NCBI GenBank assembly: GCA_028286365.1
Contig: JAQBRR010000002.1
Span: 42,165-106,164 of the forward strand
Reading direction: 5' to 3'
From: Candidatus Saccharimonadota bacterium
GTDB lineage: Bacteria; Patescibacteriota; Saccharimonadia; Saccharimonadales; Saccharimonadaceae
Length of the DNA: 64,000 bases
Under the pieces are notes generated by a model that did not search any database, was not told where the DNA came from, and worked only from the letters and a program-made list of their open reading frames with translations. The first letter of the stretch is position 1. Each line of letters begins with the position of its first letter. The position numbers and the translations under genes were made by a program. Positions 27,352-36,003 of this stretch are shown here, in pieces.

Positions 27352-28713
27352 ATGAGCGACAAAAACATCAAGAACGAGAAGATGGAAGCGATCGTTAGTC
27401 TAGCGAAGCGTCGTGGATTTATTTATCAGGGGAGTGAAGTCTATGGAGGACTATCTGGTACCTGGGATTACGGTCCACTTGGTGTGACACTAAAGCGTAA
27501 TATCATGAATTTATGGTGGAAGATGTTCGTTGAGGACCGGGAAGATATGTACGGTGTCGATGCCGCGATTTTGATGAACCAGAAGGTCTGGAAGGCAAGC
27601 GGGCATGTCGATACGTTTACTGATCCATTGGTTGAAGACCTTGAAACGAAGCAGCGTTTTCGCGCGGATCATCTTTTGAAGGATGCTGGCCACGCCGTCG
27701 ATGGACTCAGTCTTGAACAAATGACCAAATTAATTCGCGACGAAGATATCAAAAGTCCAAACGGCAATGCATTATCAGAGGTACGAACGTTCAACATGAT
27801 GTTCAAAACAACAGTTGGTCCGGTTGATGACGAGTCGAGTATTAGTTACCTGCGTCCTGAGACTGCACAGGGAATTTTTACAAACTACAAAAATATTCTC
27901 GATAGTTATTATCCTGATTTACCCTTTGGCTTGGCGCAACAAGGTAAAGCATTTCGTAATGAGATATCGCCACGTGACTTTATTTTCCGCTCACGTGAGT
28001 TTGAACAAATGGAGATTGAATACTTTATTGATCCATCAACCTGGGAAGCCGAATTCGAAAAATGGATTACACGTATTCGCGAATGGACGAATGCGCTGGG
28101 ACTACCGACCGAAAACGTCCATGAACTTGAAGTGGGCGAGGCTGATCGTGCACATTACAGCAAGCGCACGGTTGATTTTGAATTTGATTTTCCTATTGGG
28201 CGCGAAGAGCTGCTGGGCCTTGCGTATCGAACTGATTTTGACCTCCAGAATATTGCGCGCGAGGCAGGTAAGAATATGGAATATACGGTCAAGGGAACGA
28301 ATACGAAATTTGTGCCGCATGTTATCGAGCCCTCATTTGGAGTTGAGCGAGCAATTATGGCAGTACTGTCGAGCGCCTACACTGAGGACGAAGTAAATGG
28401 CGAAAAGCGTGTATATCTGAAGTTACCAGAGCACCTCGCTCCAGTTAAATATGCTGTTTCACCACTTCTCAAAAACAAAGAAGAGCTTGTTGCCAAGGCA
28501 CGTGAAGTCTATAGTGCACTCAAGAAAAAACATGGAAACGTTATGTGGGACGACAATGGTAATATCGGTAAACGATATCGTCGCCAAGACGAAATTGGTA
28601 CGCCTCACTGCGTGGTGATCGACTTTGATAGCCTCGAAGACAACACAGTGACCGTCCGTGATCGTGATAGTACCGAGCAGCGACGTGTGAGTATCGAAGA
28701 GCTATGCCAGTAG
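27352..28713 (+). CDS. glyQS: glycine--tRNA ligase (homodimeric GlyQS type)
   Basis: About 453 aa with RGFIYQGSEVYGGL..TWDYGPLG and FRNEISPR. I prefer the ATG at 27352 over the TTG at 27340. Confidence 0.93.
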   Translation: MSDKNIKNEKMEAIVSLAKRRGFIYQGSEVYGGLSGTWDYGPLGVTLKRNIMNLWWKMFVEDREDMYGVDAAILMNQKVWKASGHVDTFTDPLVEDLETKQRFRADHLLKDAGHAVDGLSLEQMTKLIRDEDIKSPNGNALSEVRTFNMMFKTTVGPVDDESSISYLRPETAQGIFTNYKNILDSYYPDLPFGLAQQGKAFRNEISPRDFIFRSREFEQMEIEYFIDPSTWEAEFEKWITRIREWTNALGLPTENVHELEVGEADRAHYSKRTVDFEFDFPIGREELLGLAYRTDFDLQNIAREAGKNMEYTVKGTNTKFVPHVIEPSFGVERAIMAVLSSAYTEDEVNGEKRVYLKLPEHLAPVKYAVSPLLKNKEELVAKAREVYSALKKKHGNVMWDDNGNIGKRYRRQDEIGTPHCVVIDFDSLEDNTVTVRDRDSTEQRRVSIEELCQ

Positions 28714-29315
28714 AGATCTTCTTAGCTCGTCACGGGCAGAATGAAGACAACGTAGCGGGCATTATTGGTGGACACCGAGACAGACCACTGACAGATATGG
28801 GTCGTAGTCAGGCTCGTGAGCTTGCTGAGGGAATTATAAATGCTGGTATGACATTTGATGCCGTCTATTGTTCACCGTTAATACGTGCGCACGAAACAGC
28901 GGATATTGTTGCCGAGATTGCTGGACTGCCAAAGCCGATCGTAATTGATGATCTCATTGAGCGAGAAAGTGGCATTATGACAGGTATGAAAATTGATGAC
29001 ATTATTCGTGATGTTAAGACGTCTATTATTCAAACAGAACACATTACATACTTTATTGACCCCGAAGGTGCGGAGACATTCCCAGAGATGATCATACGTG
29101 GGCAGAAAGTATTGGATGAAATAAATAAGCTTCACACGAGCGGCAAAGTACTACTAGTCTGTCATGGTGATATTGGTAAAATGATCTACGCGGCTGCAAC
29201 TGGTCAGGATTGGCAAAAGGTAATAACTGGTTTTCATCTAGGTAATGCAGAACTCATCGACCTGGGTAAACACCATGATGCGCATGTTATAAAACTAGAG
29301 CAATTTAATCACTAA
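28704..29315 (+). CDS. histidine phosphatase (phosphoglycerate-mutase-like) family protein
   Basis: 203 aa with the RHGQ motif at the N-terminus and LLVCHGD later. Confidence 0.8.
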   Translation: MPVEIFLARHGQNEDNVAGIIGGHRDRPLTDMGRSQARELAEGIINAGMTFDAVYCSPLIRAHETADIVAEIAGLPKPIVIDDLIERESGIMTGMKIDDIIRDVKTSIIQTEHITYFIDPEGAETFPEMIIRGQKVLDEINKLHTSGKVLLVCHGDIGKMIYAAATGQDWQKVITGFHLGNAELIDLGKHHDAHVIKLEQFNH

Positions 29316-29330
29316 GGCTATAATCAGACT

Positions 29331-29894
29331 ATGAATAATCGACCGTTACCAGCTGATGCTCACTTGATTCCCGAGGAGGCAAAGCTCGTTTTTAAGGGAA
29401 CACTTTTTGATACCTACCAATGGGAACAGGAATTGTTTGACGGGTCATTTGCAACTTTTGAAATGTTGCGTCGTCCCGATGCGGCGCTTGTTATCGCAAT
29501 TGATGGTGACCAGATAATGCTTCTAGACGAGGAACAACCTGGTGGCGTCGTTCAAAACGACCGTTTGCCAGGTGGTCGCATTGAAGCTGGCGAAGATTCA
29601 CTCGAGGGTGCAAAACGAGAAATCGAGGAAGAGCTTGGTCAGCACTACGAGAAATGGGCCCTTCTGGAGGTGACTCAACCGGCAATTAAGATTGAATGGT
29701 TTGTCTATGTCTATGTGGCGATTAACAAGATTGATGATGTTCCGACTGCGCACGAAGCAGGCGAGAAAATACAGGTTAAACAAGTCACGTTTAAGGAGTT
29801 TAAGGATACACAGGAGTATCGTAGCGCAATGCTTCGGGGTATTAACTCAATTGATGAGCTGTTACAAAAAGTAGGATTAAACACGAATGATTAA
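29331..29894 (+). CDS. NUDIX hydrolase
   Basis: Nudix box GGRIEAGEDSLEGAKREIEEELG. Confidence 0.85.
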   Translation: MNNRPLPADAHLIPEEAKLVFKGTLFDTYQWEQELFDGSFATFEMLRRPDAALVIAIDGDQIMLLDEEQPGGVVQNDRLPGGRIEAGEDSLEGAKREIEEELGQHYEKWALLEVTQPAIKIEWFVYVYVAINKIDDVPTAHEAGEKIQVKQVTFKEFKDTQEYRSAMLRGINSIDELLQKVGLNTND

Positions 29895-30489
29895 CGAGAA
29901 TTTTATTTATCTTGGTGCAGCACTAAACCTCATAGGTAGCACTAATTATGTCATTGAAACGATTAAGGGAAAGACAAAGCCAAATCGTGTAACGTGGTTT
30001 TTGTGGGCACTTGCGCCGATAATTGCCTTCGGTGCAATGCTTGGCGAAGGAGTATCTATACTAGGTGGGCTTATGACATTTATGGTAGGATTCGGGCCAC
30101 TACTTGTTCTAATAGCTTCATTCGTTAATAAAAAGTCTGTTTGGAAGATAACAACATTCGATATTGTGTGTGGCATACTATCGCTCATCGGGGTCGGTCT
30201 GTGGTTCATTACGCGAACAGGTGCAGTCGCCATCGCGTTTAGTATCTTAGCGGATGCGCTTGCTGGACTTCCAACACTCGTAAAGGCATTTAAGGAACCC
30301 GAGAGTGAAAGCTATCTTGTGTTCCTATTCGGTGCCATAAGCGCAGCTATAACACTATTAGCAGCGAAGGTGTGGGACTTCGCACATATTGGTTTTGCAC
30401 TGTATATCTTTATAATTTGCGCGATTATATTTATTTTGGTGAAATTTAAACTGGGTACACTTATTCAGAAAGCGCGCAGGTCAAAATAA
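29887..30489 (+). CDS. multi-pass membrane protein, unknown function
   Basis: 200 aa with about 6 hydrophobic helices. Overlaps neighbours on both sides, so it appears operonic. Confidence 0.55.
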   Translation: MINENFIYLGAALNLIGSTNYVIETIKGKTKPNRVTWFLWALAPIIAFGAMLGEGVSILGGLMTFMVGFGPLLVLIASFVNKKSVWKITTFDIVCGILSLIGVGLWFITRTGAVAIAFSILADALAGLPTLVKAFKEPESESYLVFLFGAISAAITLLAAKVWDFAHIGFALYIFIICAIIFILVKFKLGTLIQKARRSK

Positions 30490-31076
30490 TGACTAGTGGC
30501 GAACAAAAGGTCAGCGCAATTATTTTTGACTGCTTTGGCGTCTTGGTCAGTGAGGGCTGGCTACCATTTAAGCATAAATATTTTGATAACGACCCCGACA
30601 AGTTTGAAGAGGCAACAAACATGCAAAAACGAGCTGATGCGGGCCTAACTGATCACGCAGGATTTGTTAAGAATGTTGCGGACCTTGCGGGGGTTAGTCC
30701 CGAACAAGCGCATCAAGAAATTGATAATACAGTCACCGATGAATCGCTACTAAACTACATCGCGACTCTCAAAACAGATTATAAAATTGGTTTTATTAGC
30801 AACGCCAGCCAAAGTTGGATGAAGGAATTCTTCACACCTGGGCAGATCGCACTATTTGATGCGATTGATATATCGAGTGAAACAGGGTTGTTAAAGCCTG
30901 ACGCACGTGCATTTGAACATATAGCTGAGGGTCTTGGTGCGTCGGTTGATGAGTGTATCCTCATCGATGATCAAGAAGGGTATTGTGAGGGTGCTCGTGC
31001 AATTGGCATGAAGGCAATTACGTATCAAAATCTTAAAAGTATGCAACAACAGCTCGATGCATTCCTCGGACGATAA
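30489..31076 (+). CDS. HAD-superfamily hydrolase
   Basis: Motif I IIFDCFGV, motif III/IV K..., and LIDDQ. Confidence 0.8.
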   Translation: MTSGEQKVSAIIFDCFGVLVSEGWLPFKHKYFDNDPDKFEEATNMQKRADAGLTDHAGFVKNVADLAGVSPEQAHQEIDNTVTDESLLNYIATLKTDYKIGFISNASQSWMKEFFTPGQIALFDAIDISSETGLLKPDARAFEHIAEGLGASVDECILIDDQEGYCEGARAIGMKAITYQNLKSMQQQLDAFLGR

Positions 31077-31144
31077 CTTCAATCCATTAGACAACTTGTC
31101 GAATTAAATTTCTAGATATATACTCCTTACAAAGAGGAGGAATA

Positions 31145-31585
31145 ATGACGGAACTAATTTTACCTATTAATCCGGTGGAAATTGCGCGACCATTTGCTGT
31201 CGACGTAGCGGTTAGCTCTCTGTTTGAAGATGGTGAGCAGGACCAGGCAATTCTAGACGGAATTAACTCTCTGCACTACATTGCGGCACTGAGTGGATTC
31301 ATTCATAAACCTTTCGTTGTTGAGTCAAAGTCTGCGCTTTTGGTTCCATTCGGTGCACAAGACTTTGATGTAGTCGACGCGCAACCGATTGAAGAAATTG
31401 TTTTTGAAGGTAAGTTTACGCACTATCAGCCGATCTATCGTCAAGTTGGAAGGCAAACAACAAAAGCTTTATATTTAGCATTCCACGATGCGATGACAGT
31501 TCCTTACTCAAGCTTGCTAGATGGTACGCAGGATGTACATGTGCCAGTTTTTGATATTGCTGATATAAGCAGAGTAGCCGCATAG
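31145..31585 (+). CDS. hypothetical protein
   Basis: 146-aa ORF with SD GAGGAGG. No family recognised. Confidence 0.5.
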   Translation: MTELILPINPVEIARPFAVDVAVSSLFEDGEQDQAILDGINSLHYIAALSGFIHKPFVVESKSALLVPFGAQDFDVVDAQPIEEIVFEGKFTHYQPIYRQVGRQTTKALYLAFHDAMTVPYSSLLDGTQDVHVPVFDIADISRVAA

Positions 31586-31624
31586 CCACAATATTCAGGA
31601 CGCATAAACTAATTCAGGTATATA

Positions 31625-32098
31625 ATGAAACTGATGAGTGACTTAAACCCACGGAATCTAATTGAACAGTATTTAGCTGAGTCGAAGATTATGCAGCTTG
31701 CAACTTCGCGTGACGATAAGCCATGGATTTGCAGCTTACACTATGCAGCAGATAAGAACGGGTTTATTTACTGGATTACTAAACCAACGACACGTCACAG
31801 TGAAGATATAGCGGTGAATTCAAATGTAGCCATTACTATTGCGGTCAAAACAGATAGACCATTAGTTGGTATTCAGGCGGAGGGTACAGCAACAGCTGTA
31901 GAAGATCCTGAGTTATTAAAGTCTGCAATGGAAGTCTATATCGAACGTCATGGAACCGATCGTGCGTTCGCAGACCTGATTATTGCAGGAACGAACGAAC
32001 ATAAATTGTATCAATTTACCCCAAGCCGTTATAGCTTGTTTGATGAAGTTAATTTTGCGCACCAACCTCCTCAGGAGTGGGTGATTGATCATAACTAA
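31625..32098 (+). CDS. pyridoxamine 5'-phosphate oxidase-like FMN-binding split-barrel protein
   Basis: 157 aa. The pattern (MQLATSRDDKPWICSLHYA ... VGIQAEGTA) is typical of PNPOx-like proteins. Confidence 0.7.
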   Translation: MKLMSDLNPRNLIEQYLAESKIMQLATSRDDKPWICSLHYAADKNGFIYWITKPTTRHSEDIAVNSNVAITIAVKTDRPLVGIQAEGTATAVEDPELLKSAMEVYIERHGTDRAFADLIIAGTNEHKLYQFTPSRYSLFDEVNFAHQPPQEWVIDHN

Positions 32099-32113
32099 TA
32101 GGAGGATCACGTG

Positions 32114-32536
32114 ATGACCGCAGATGTAAACTGGATAGCGATTTTACTCGCTGCAATATCAACAATGATAGTTGGCAGCATATGGTACGGGCCGGCATTT
32201 GGAAAACTATGGGCTAAATTAGCCAAGGTTAAGAAGGATCCTGATTTTACATCAAAAAAAGCAGCATTTTTGTATATTAGGGCATTTCTCGCCTCATTAC
32301 TAACTTCAATTGTTTTGGCCTATGTTATTGTTGTCGTCCATAAAAATTCAACTGATAGCTACCTGGTAGATGCGGTGTTTGTAGGGCTTATATTGTGGGC
32401 TGGTTTTACCGCTGCACGTCTATTTATGCACGATATTTTCGAAGGACGACCATCACAGTTAACTGCTCTCAATGCTGCACATGAGTTGGTCACGATCATT
32501 GTCATGTCTGGTATCATCGGTCTGCTGCCTGTATAA
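32114..32536 (+). CDS. DUF1761-like small membrane protein
   Basis: N-terminus (NWIAILLAAISTMIVGSIWYGPAFGKLW) is characteristic, with 4 TM. ATG at 32114 lies 7 nt after GGAGGA (track start GTG at 32111). Confidence 0.65.
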   Translation: MTADVNWIAILLAAISTMIVGSIWYGPAFGKLWAKLAKVKKDPDFTSKKAAFLYIRAFLASLLTSIVLAYVIVVVHKNSTDSYLVDAVFVGLILWAGFTAARLFMHDIFEGRPSQLTALNAAHELVTIIVMSGIIGLLPV

Positions 32537-32544
32537 TAGTACCC

Positions 32545-32850
32545 ATGAAAGCAGTTTGGAACGACGAAGTCATTGCCGAAGCACCAGTGGCGGACTTGAT
32601 TAGAATTGAAGGAAATTGGTATTTCCCACCTAAGGCAGTTGAGTGGCAGTTCTTTGAGGAGAGCAATCACCACACAACTTGCGTATGGAAAGGCGAGGCT
32701 AGTTACTACGATATTGTGGTCAGCGGTCGTAAAAATGACTTCGGTGCTTGGTATTATCCTGAGCCAAAAAATGGCTCAATTGAGCGAGTGAAAAAAGATT
32801 TTTCTAACTATGTGGCATTCTGGAACGGCGTTGACGTTGTTGTTGATTAA
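32545..32850 (+). CDS. DUF427 domain protein
   Basis: 101 aa with GNWYFP ... TTCVWKGEASYYD ... AWYYPEP, a hallmark of DUF427. Confidence 0.75.
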   Translation: MKAVWNDEVIAEAPVADLIRIEGNWYFPPKAVEWQFFEESNHHTTCVWKGEASYYDIVVSGRKNDFGAWYYPEPKNGSIERVKKDFSNYVAFWNGVDVVVD

Positions 32851-32911
32851 ACAACAATAAGCTTTTTTTCAGATTCTGTTTGTACTATTATTCTGTAATA
32901 GGAGAATATCT

Positions 32912-33427
32912 ATGCCAGATAAAGAAGAAAAACAAGTAATCGTGACTGAAAAACTAGAGAAGGAACCTGAATATAAACAACCCGATGGTAGGGCAAGTCG
33001 ACGAGGACTTATCATCATTGTATCAATTGTTGGATTACTCCTTATTGGTATTTTAATTGGTGGTGGAGTTTGGATCTACAACGAGGCATACCAACAATCG
33101 GCAACTGGCAACAGTCCTTACGTAACTGGGAGTACAGTTGCTAGGTTTAATCCTAATCCTCGCTATGGTTACGGTAGGTCTGTACAAACGCAGGTTACGA
33201 GTGATTCGGTTACAACGACTGTCTACACGTATCAAACAGGTGTTGTTGTCGCCGTCAATAGTGACAGTATTGTGATTGCTGGTAACGGTAAGCAAACGAC
33301 GATAAAGACTAATTCATCAACGACCTATACTAATAATGTCAAACCTGCGGTTAATGACACGGTTGTTATTGCAGGCACAACTGCCGACAGTACAATAACA
33401 GCGACCGAAATTAGAGTAGCTAACTAG
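32912..33427 (+). CDS. membrane-anchored hypothetical protein (Thr/Val-rich ectodomain)
   Basis: 171 aa with one TM (GLIIIVSIVGLLLIGILIGGGVWIY). Confidence 0.5.
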   Translation: MPDKEEKQVIVTEKLEKEPEYKQPDGRASRRGLIIIVSIVGLLLIGILIGGGVWIYNEAYQQSATGNSPYVTGSTVARFNPNPRYGYGRSVQTQVTSDSVTTTVYTYQTGVVVAVNSDSIVIAGNGKQTTIKTNSSTTYTNNVKPAVNDTVVIAGTTADSTITATEIRVAN

Positions 33428-33445
33428 AGATCGCCAACTAGTATT

Positions 33446-33471
33446 AAAAAGCGCTAGATTTAGCGCTTTTT
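33446..33471. terminator. bidirectional terminator
   Basis: AAAAAGCGCTA-gatt-TAGCGCTTTTT between convergent genes. It overlaps the last codons of the 69-aa ORF. Confidence 0.7.
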
Positions 33472-33669
33472 AATCATTAATTCGAGGTTCGAGAGGTAGT
33501 GTGCGGGGTTTACTAATTTGTGTGTCCTAAGGTAGGCGAGGTGAATCTCAACGAACGGTAACCGGTTGCCAGGCCACTCGGGGGCAGTCGGACTATACTT
33601 GCTGACCGTCTTCATTGTTGGATCGTCCTGAAGTGACTGCAATTTGCTTTTCACTTCATCGATAGTCAT
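33460..33669 (-). CDS. hypothetical 69-aa protein
   Basis: Complete ORF. Its ATG overlaps the stop of a 21-codon upstream ORF (TAATG). No family recognised. Confidence 0.5.
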   Translation of the reverse strand: MTIDEVKSKLQSLQDDPTMKTVSKYSPTAPEWPGNRLPFVEIHLAYLRTHKLVNPAHYLSNLELMIKKR

Positions 33670-33734
33670 TAGATTGCCAACTTTGCTTTTTTCGGCTTCT
33701 TGATTTCTTTGCGTTTATTTTCGCCCTTAGCCAC
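33669..33734 (-). CDS. candidate 21-aa Lys-rich micro-ORF (VAKGENKRKEIKKPKKAKLAI)
   Basis: My own translation. GTG start lies 6 nt after GAGGGGA, and its stop overlaps the next ATG. Not in the ORF track because of the size cut-off. Confidence 0.3.
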   Translation of the reverse strand: MAKGENKRKEIKKPKKAKLAI

Positions 33735-33810
33735 TATATTTCCCCTCACGTTGGTAGTGCTCTTATTATGCGCTAAATAGGGGTGAAAAGATAGTGTAGA
33801 ATGGGAGGAG

Positions 33811-34242
33811 ATGATTATTTACTATACAGATGGAAGTTGTAGCCCAAACCCAGGGCCTGGTGGGTTCGCGGTGATTAAAGAAATGCAGCCAAGCATTGTT
33901 GGCCATGAACTCGAATCGACCAATATTCGCATGGAAGGCAAAGCTCTTATTGCTGCAATGAAGGATGCTGATGGCACCAAGTGTCAGATATTTACTGACA
34001 GTGAATTCTGGATTAACGTGATTACAAAGTGGGCTCCTGGTTGGGAAGCAAAAGGCTGGACCAAGAAGGGTGGAGAGATTAAGAATCTTGAAATCGTTAA
34101 GGAAGCATGTGAGCTCTATCAGGGATCTCAAGCGACTCTGACATGGGTTCGTGGCCACGAAGGTGACCCAGGCAATGAAATGGCTGATCAATGGGCTAAT
34201 GAAGCGCGTGAACAGCGGCTTGATGGTGCTGTTGCAAATTAA
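33811..34242 (+). CDS. rnhA: ribonuclease HI
   Basis: 143 aa with YTDGSC, MEGKAL, TDSEF, W..KGW and GHEGDPGNEMADQWA (DEDD set). SD GGGAGGAG. Confidence 0.9.
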   Translation: MIIYYTDGSCSPNPGPGGFAVIKEMQPSIVGHELESTNIRMEGKALIAAMKDADGTKCQIFTDSEFWINVITKWAPGWEAKGWTKKGGEIKNLEIVKEACELYQGSQATLTWVRGHEGDPGNEMADQWANEAREQRLDGAVAN

Positions 34243-34307
34243 ACATACAAAAGACATAAAAACTTGGCTACAATAGGTCAAGATTGTTACTAAAAAGAAA
34301 GTGAAAC

Positions 34308-35285
34308 ATGACTGACGAAGCTGAACCGACCGATATTTTTTTGTGGGCAAATAATGTAGATGGTATCAAGAAAGAGTTAGATATTGAGCTTTTTTTGTTC
34401 AATAAAAACTACACGCCTTACACAACGAGTTTTAGCCAGGACTTAAATGTCCAGATCAAACCAATGTTCCTGTATGATCTGATTAATTTTGTAAACCTCG
34501 GTGCAGGCACAGGATTATCGGTGCGTGACTACGAATTGTCAGACGCCGAAGAAAATGTTCTACTAAGGACGGACCTTGGTAACGTGACACATGCACTGAA
34601 TCTTATTAATATGATCGAGGGTCAACGTAGTGAGATCGTTGAATTTAGTGAGCAGGAGCATGAATTTAAACGTATCAAGGGGATTATTGCTAGGTTTAGT
34701 CATAAGGATGGCTCGAGCAAGCCTTTCTATGTGGTTAAGCAAATATCTCAAGGACAAGTGTTAAAGGGTGCAACAGCTTGGGAATTTCGTGACGGTGCAT
34801 TTGGAGCATTTACAGCTGATTTTGGTCTAAAATTGTCCTCTGATAACCAAGTACTCATTGTTAATGAAGATATTTTTGCATTCTCGCAGACAAAGTTTGA
34901 ACGACTTTTTAATTACGACTACAAGAAGCAATTACTCGCTGATCAAAAGGTTGCACTAATTGAAAAACAATTCAGATTGAGCTTTCCTGATGGACTCGAT
35001 CTTCAATCACTGGTTCGTGATCGCCCGCGTACTGTTAATAAACTCCAGAAAATCGAAGTTGGCCCAGTGACCCATGAGCAGGTGATTGAATATGCCGATG
35101 AAATGCAGCTTGAAATCATGACTGATGATGCTGGTGCGATTATTATCATGGACGGTAGTGATCTTGATACGTTCGTAAATCTTATTAACGAAGACTATAT
35201 CACCAGCCAAATTACGGGCAGACGCTATGAAGTCAAAAGTAAGCGTGCACTCGATGATCCTGAAGGTGAACCACCTCGAGGCTAA
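34308..35285 (+). CDS. DUF4868 / KwaB-like protein (tentative)
   Basis: 325 aa. The size, the central block (NQVLIVNEDIFAFSQTKFERLFNYDY) and the C-terminal block (FVNLINEDYITSQITGRRY) match my recollection of the DUF4868 family. Not verified by search. Confidence 0.5.
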   Translation: MTDEAEPTDIFLWANNVDGIKKELDIELFLFNKNYTPYTTSFSQDLNVQIKPMFLYDLINFVNLGAGTGLSVRDYELSDAEENVLLRTDLGNVTHALNLINMIEGQRSEIVEFSEQEHEFKRIKGIIARFSHKDGSSKPFYVVKQISQGQVLKGATAWEFRDGAFGAFTADFGLKLSSDNQVLIVNEDIFAFSQTKFERLFNYDYKKQLLADQKVALIEKQFRLSFPDGLDLQSLVRDRPRTVNKLQKIEVGPVTHEQVIEYADEMQLEIMTDDAGAIIIMDGSDLDTFVNLINEDYITSQITGRRYEVKSKRALDDPEGEPPRG

Positions 35286-35391
35286 TTTCGGATAAAGCGT
35301 ACGTTGCCACCTGCTTGCATTTATAGCGGAATGGGGTTTTAATAGGTATAGAACGCGGGCGAAATTCGTCCCAGTTAGGAAATTGATATCC

Positions 35392-35868
35392 ATGACTCGT
35401 AGAAATGACCCTTTGGTCAGCACGAGCTCTGTACCAACTATCAGCATTCCCATTCAAATCCCCGATGCCATCACTCCGGTGATGACAAAGGACCTCCCCA
35501 GTAAAGACGTTCAGTTTATCGCTGAAAACCTCTCGGTGAAAGCTATCGAAAAGGTGATCAGCCGATACTACAAGCGGCTTGGCTATTTCATCGAGGTGTA
35601 CTATTCACCAAAGAAGAGGGCTCGTTTCCTCGTCAATGTAATGATGCACTTTGGGCTGATTACGGTATCCGATTTTGTCTCCATGTTTGCGGAGAATGAA
35701 CCAGAAGCCGTTATCTTGCCTGTTGATGAACTCCTTGTCGAAGGAGCAACTGAGGTGAACCTTGAGGGATGCGAGCGTCTCAAGCGCATCGTCCAACACG
35801 GTACAGAAGAAGGCATGGGAAAGGTCATTTATCTGAAGGGAAGTGAGCAGCTACGTCACGCGTCCTAA
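35392..35868 (+). CDS. hypothetical protein; mildly GC-shifted ORFan c
   Basis: About 158 aa from the ATG at 35392 (track start TTG at 35383). One counted line is 50% G+C. Followed by a strong hairpin. No family recognised. Confidence 0.45.
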   Translation: MTRRNDPLVSTSSVPTISIPIQIPDAITPVMTKDLPSKDVQFIAENLSVKAIEKVISRYYKRLGYFIEVYYSPKKRARFLVNVMMHFGLITVSDFVSMFAENEPEAVILPVDELLVEGATEVNLEGCERLKRIVQHGTEEGMGKVIYLKGSEQLRHAS

Positions 35869-35886
35869 CCCACAGCCTGTACCTCG

Positions 35887-35928
35887 CGAAGTAAGAGCCC
35901 GCTCCTTCGCAGGTGCGGGCTCACTTCG
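35887..35928 (+). terminator. long GC hairpin after ORFan c
   Basis: CGAAGT-aa-GAGCCCGC-tccttcgcaggt-GCGGGCTC-ACTTCG (14 bp). No clear U-tract. Confidence 0.5.
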
Positions 35929-36003
35929 TGTCTAGTTAAATTGTTGCAAATTGCACTATCTTAGTTAAGAACGTTTCAACTTTTGCACTGTATAATAGAG
36001 ATA

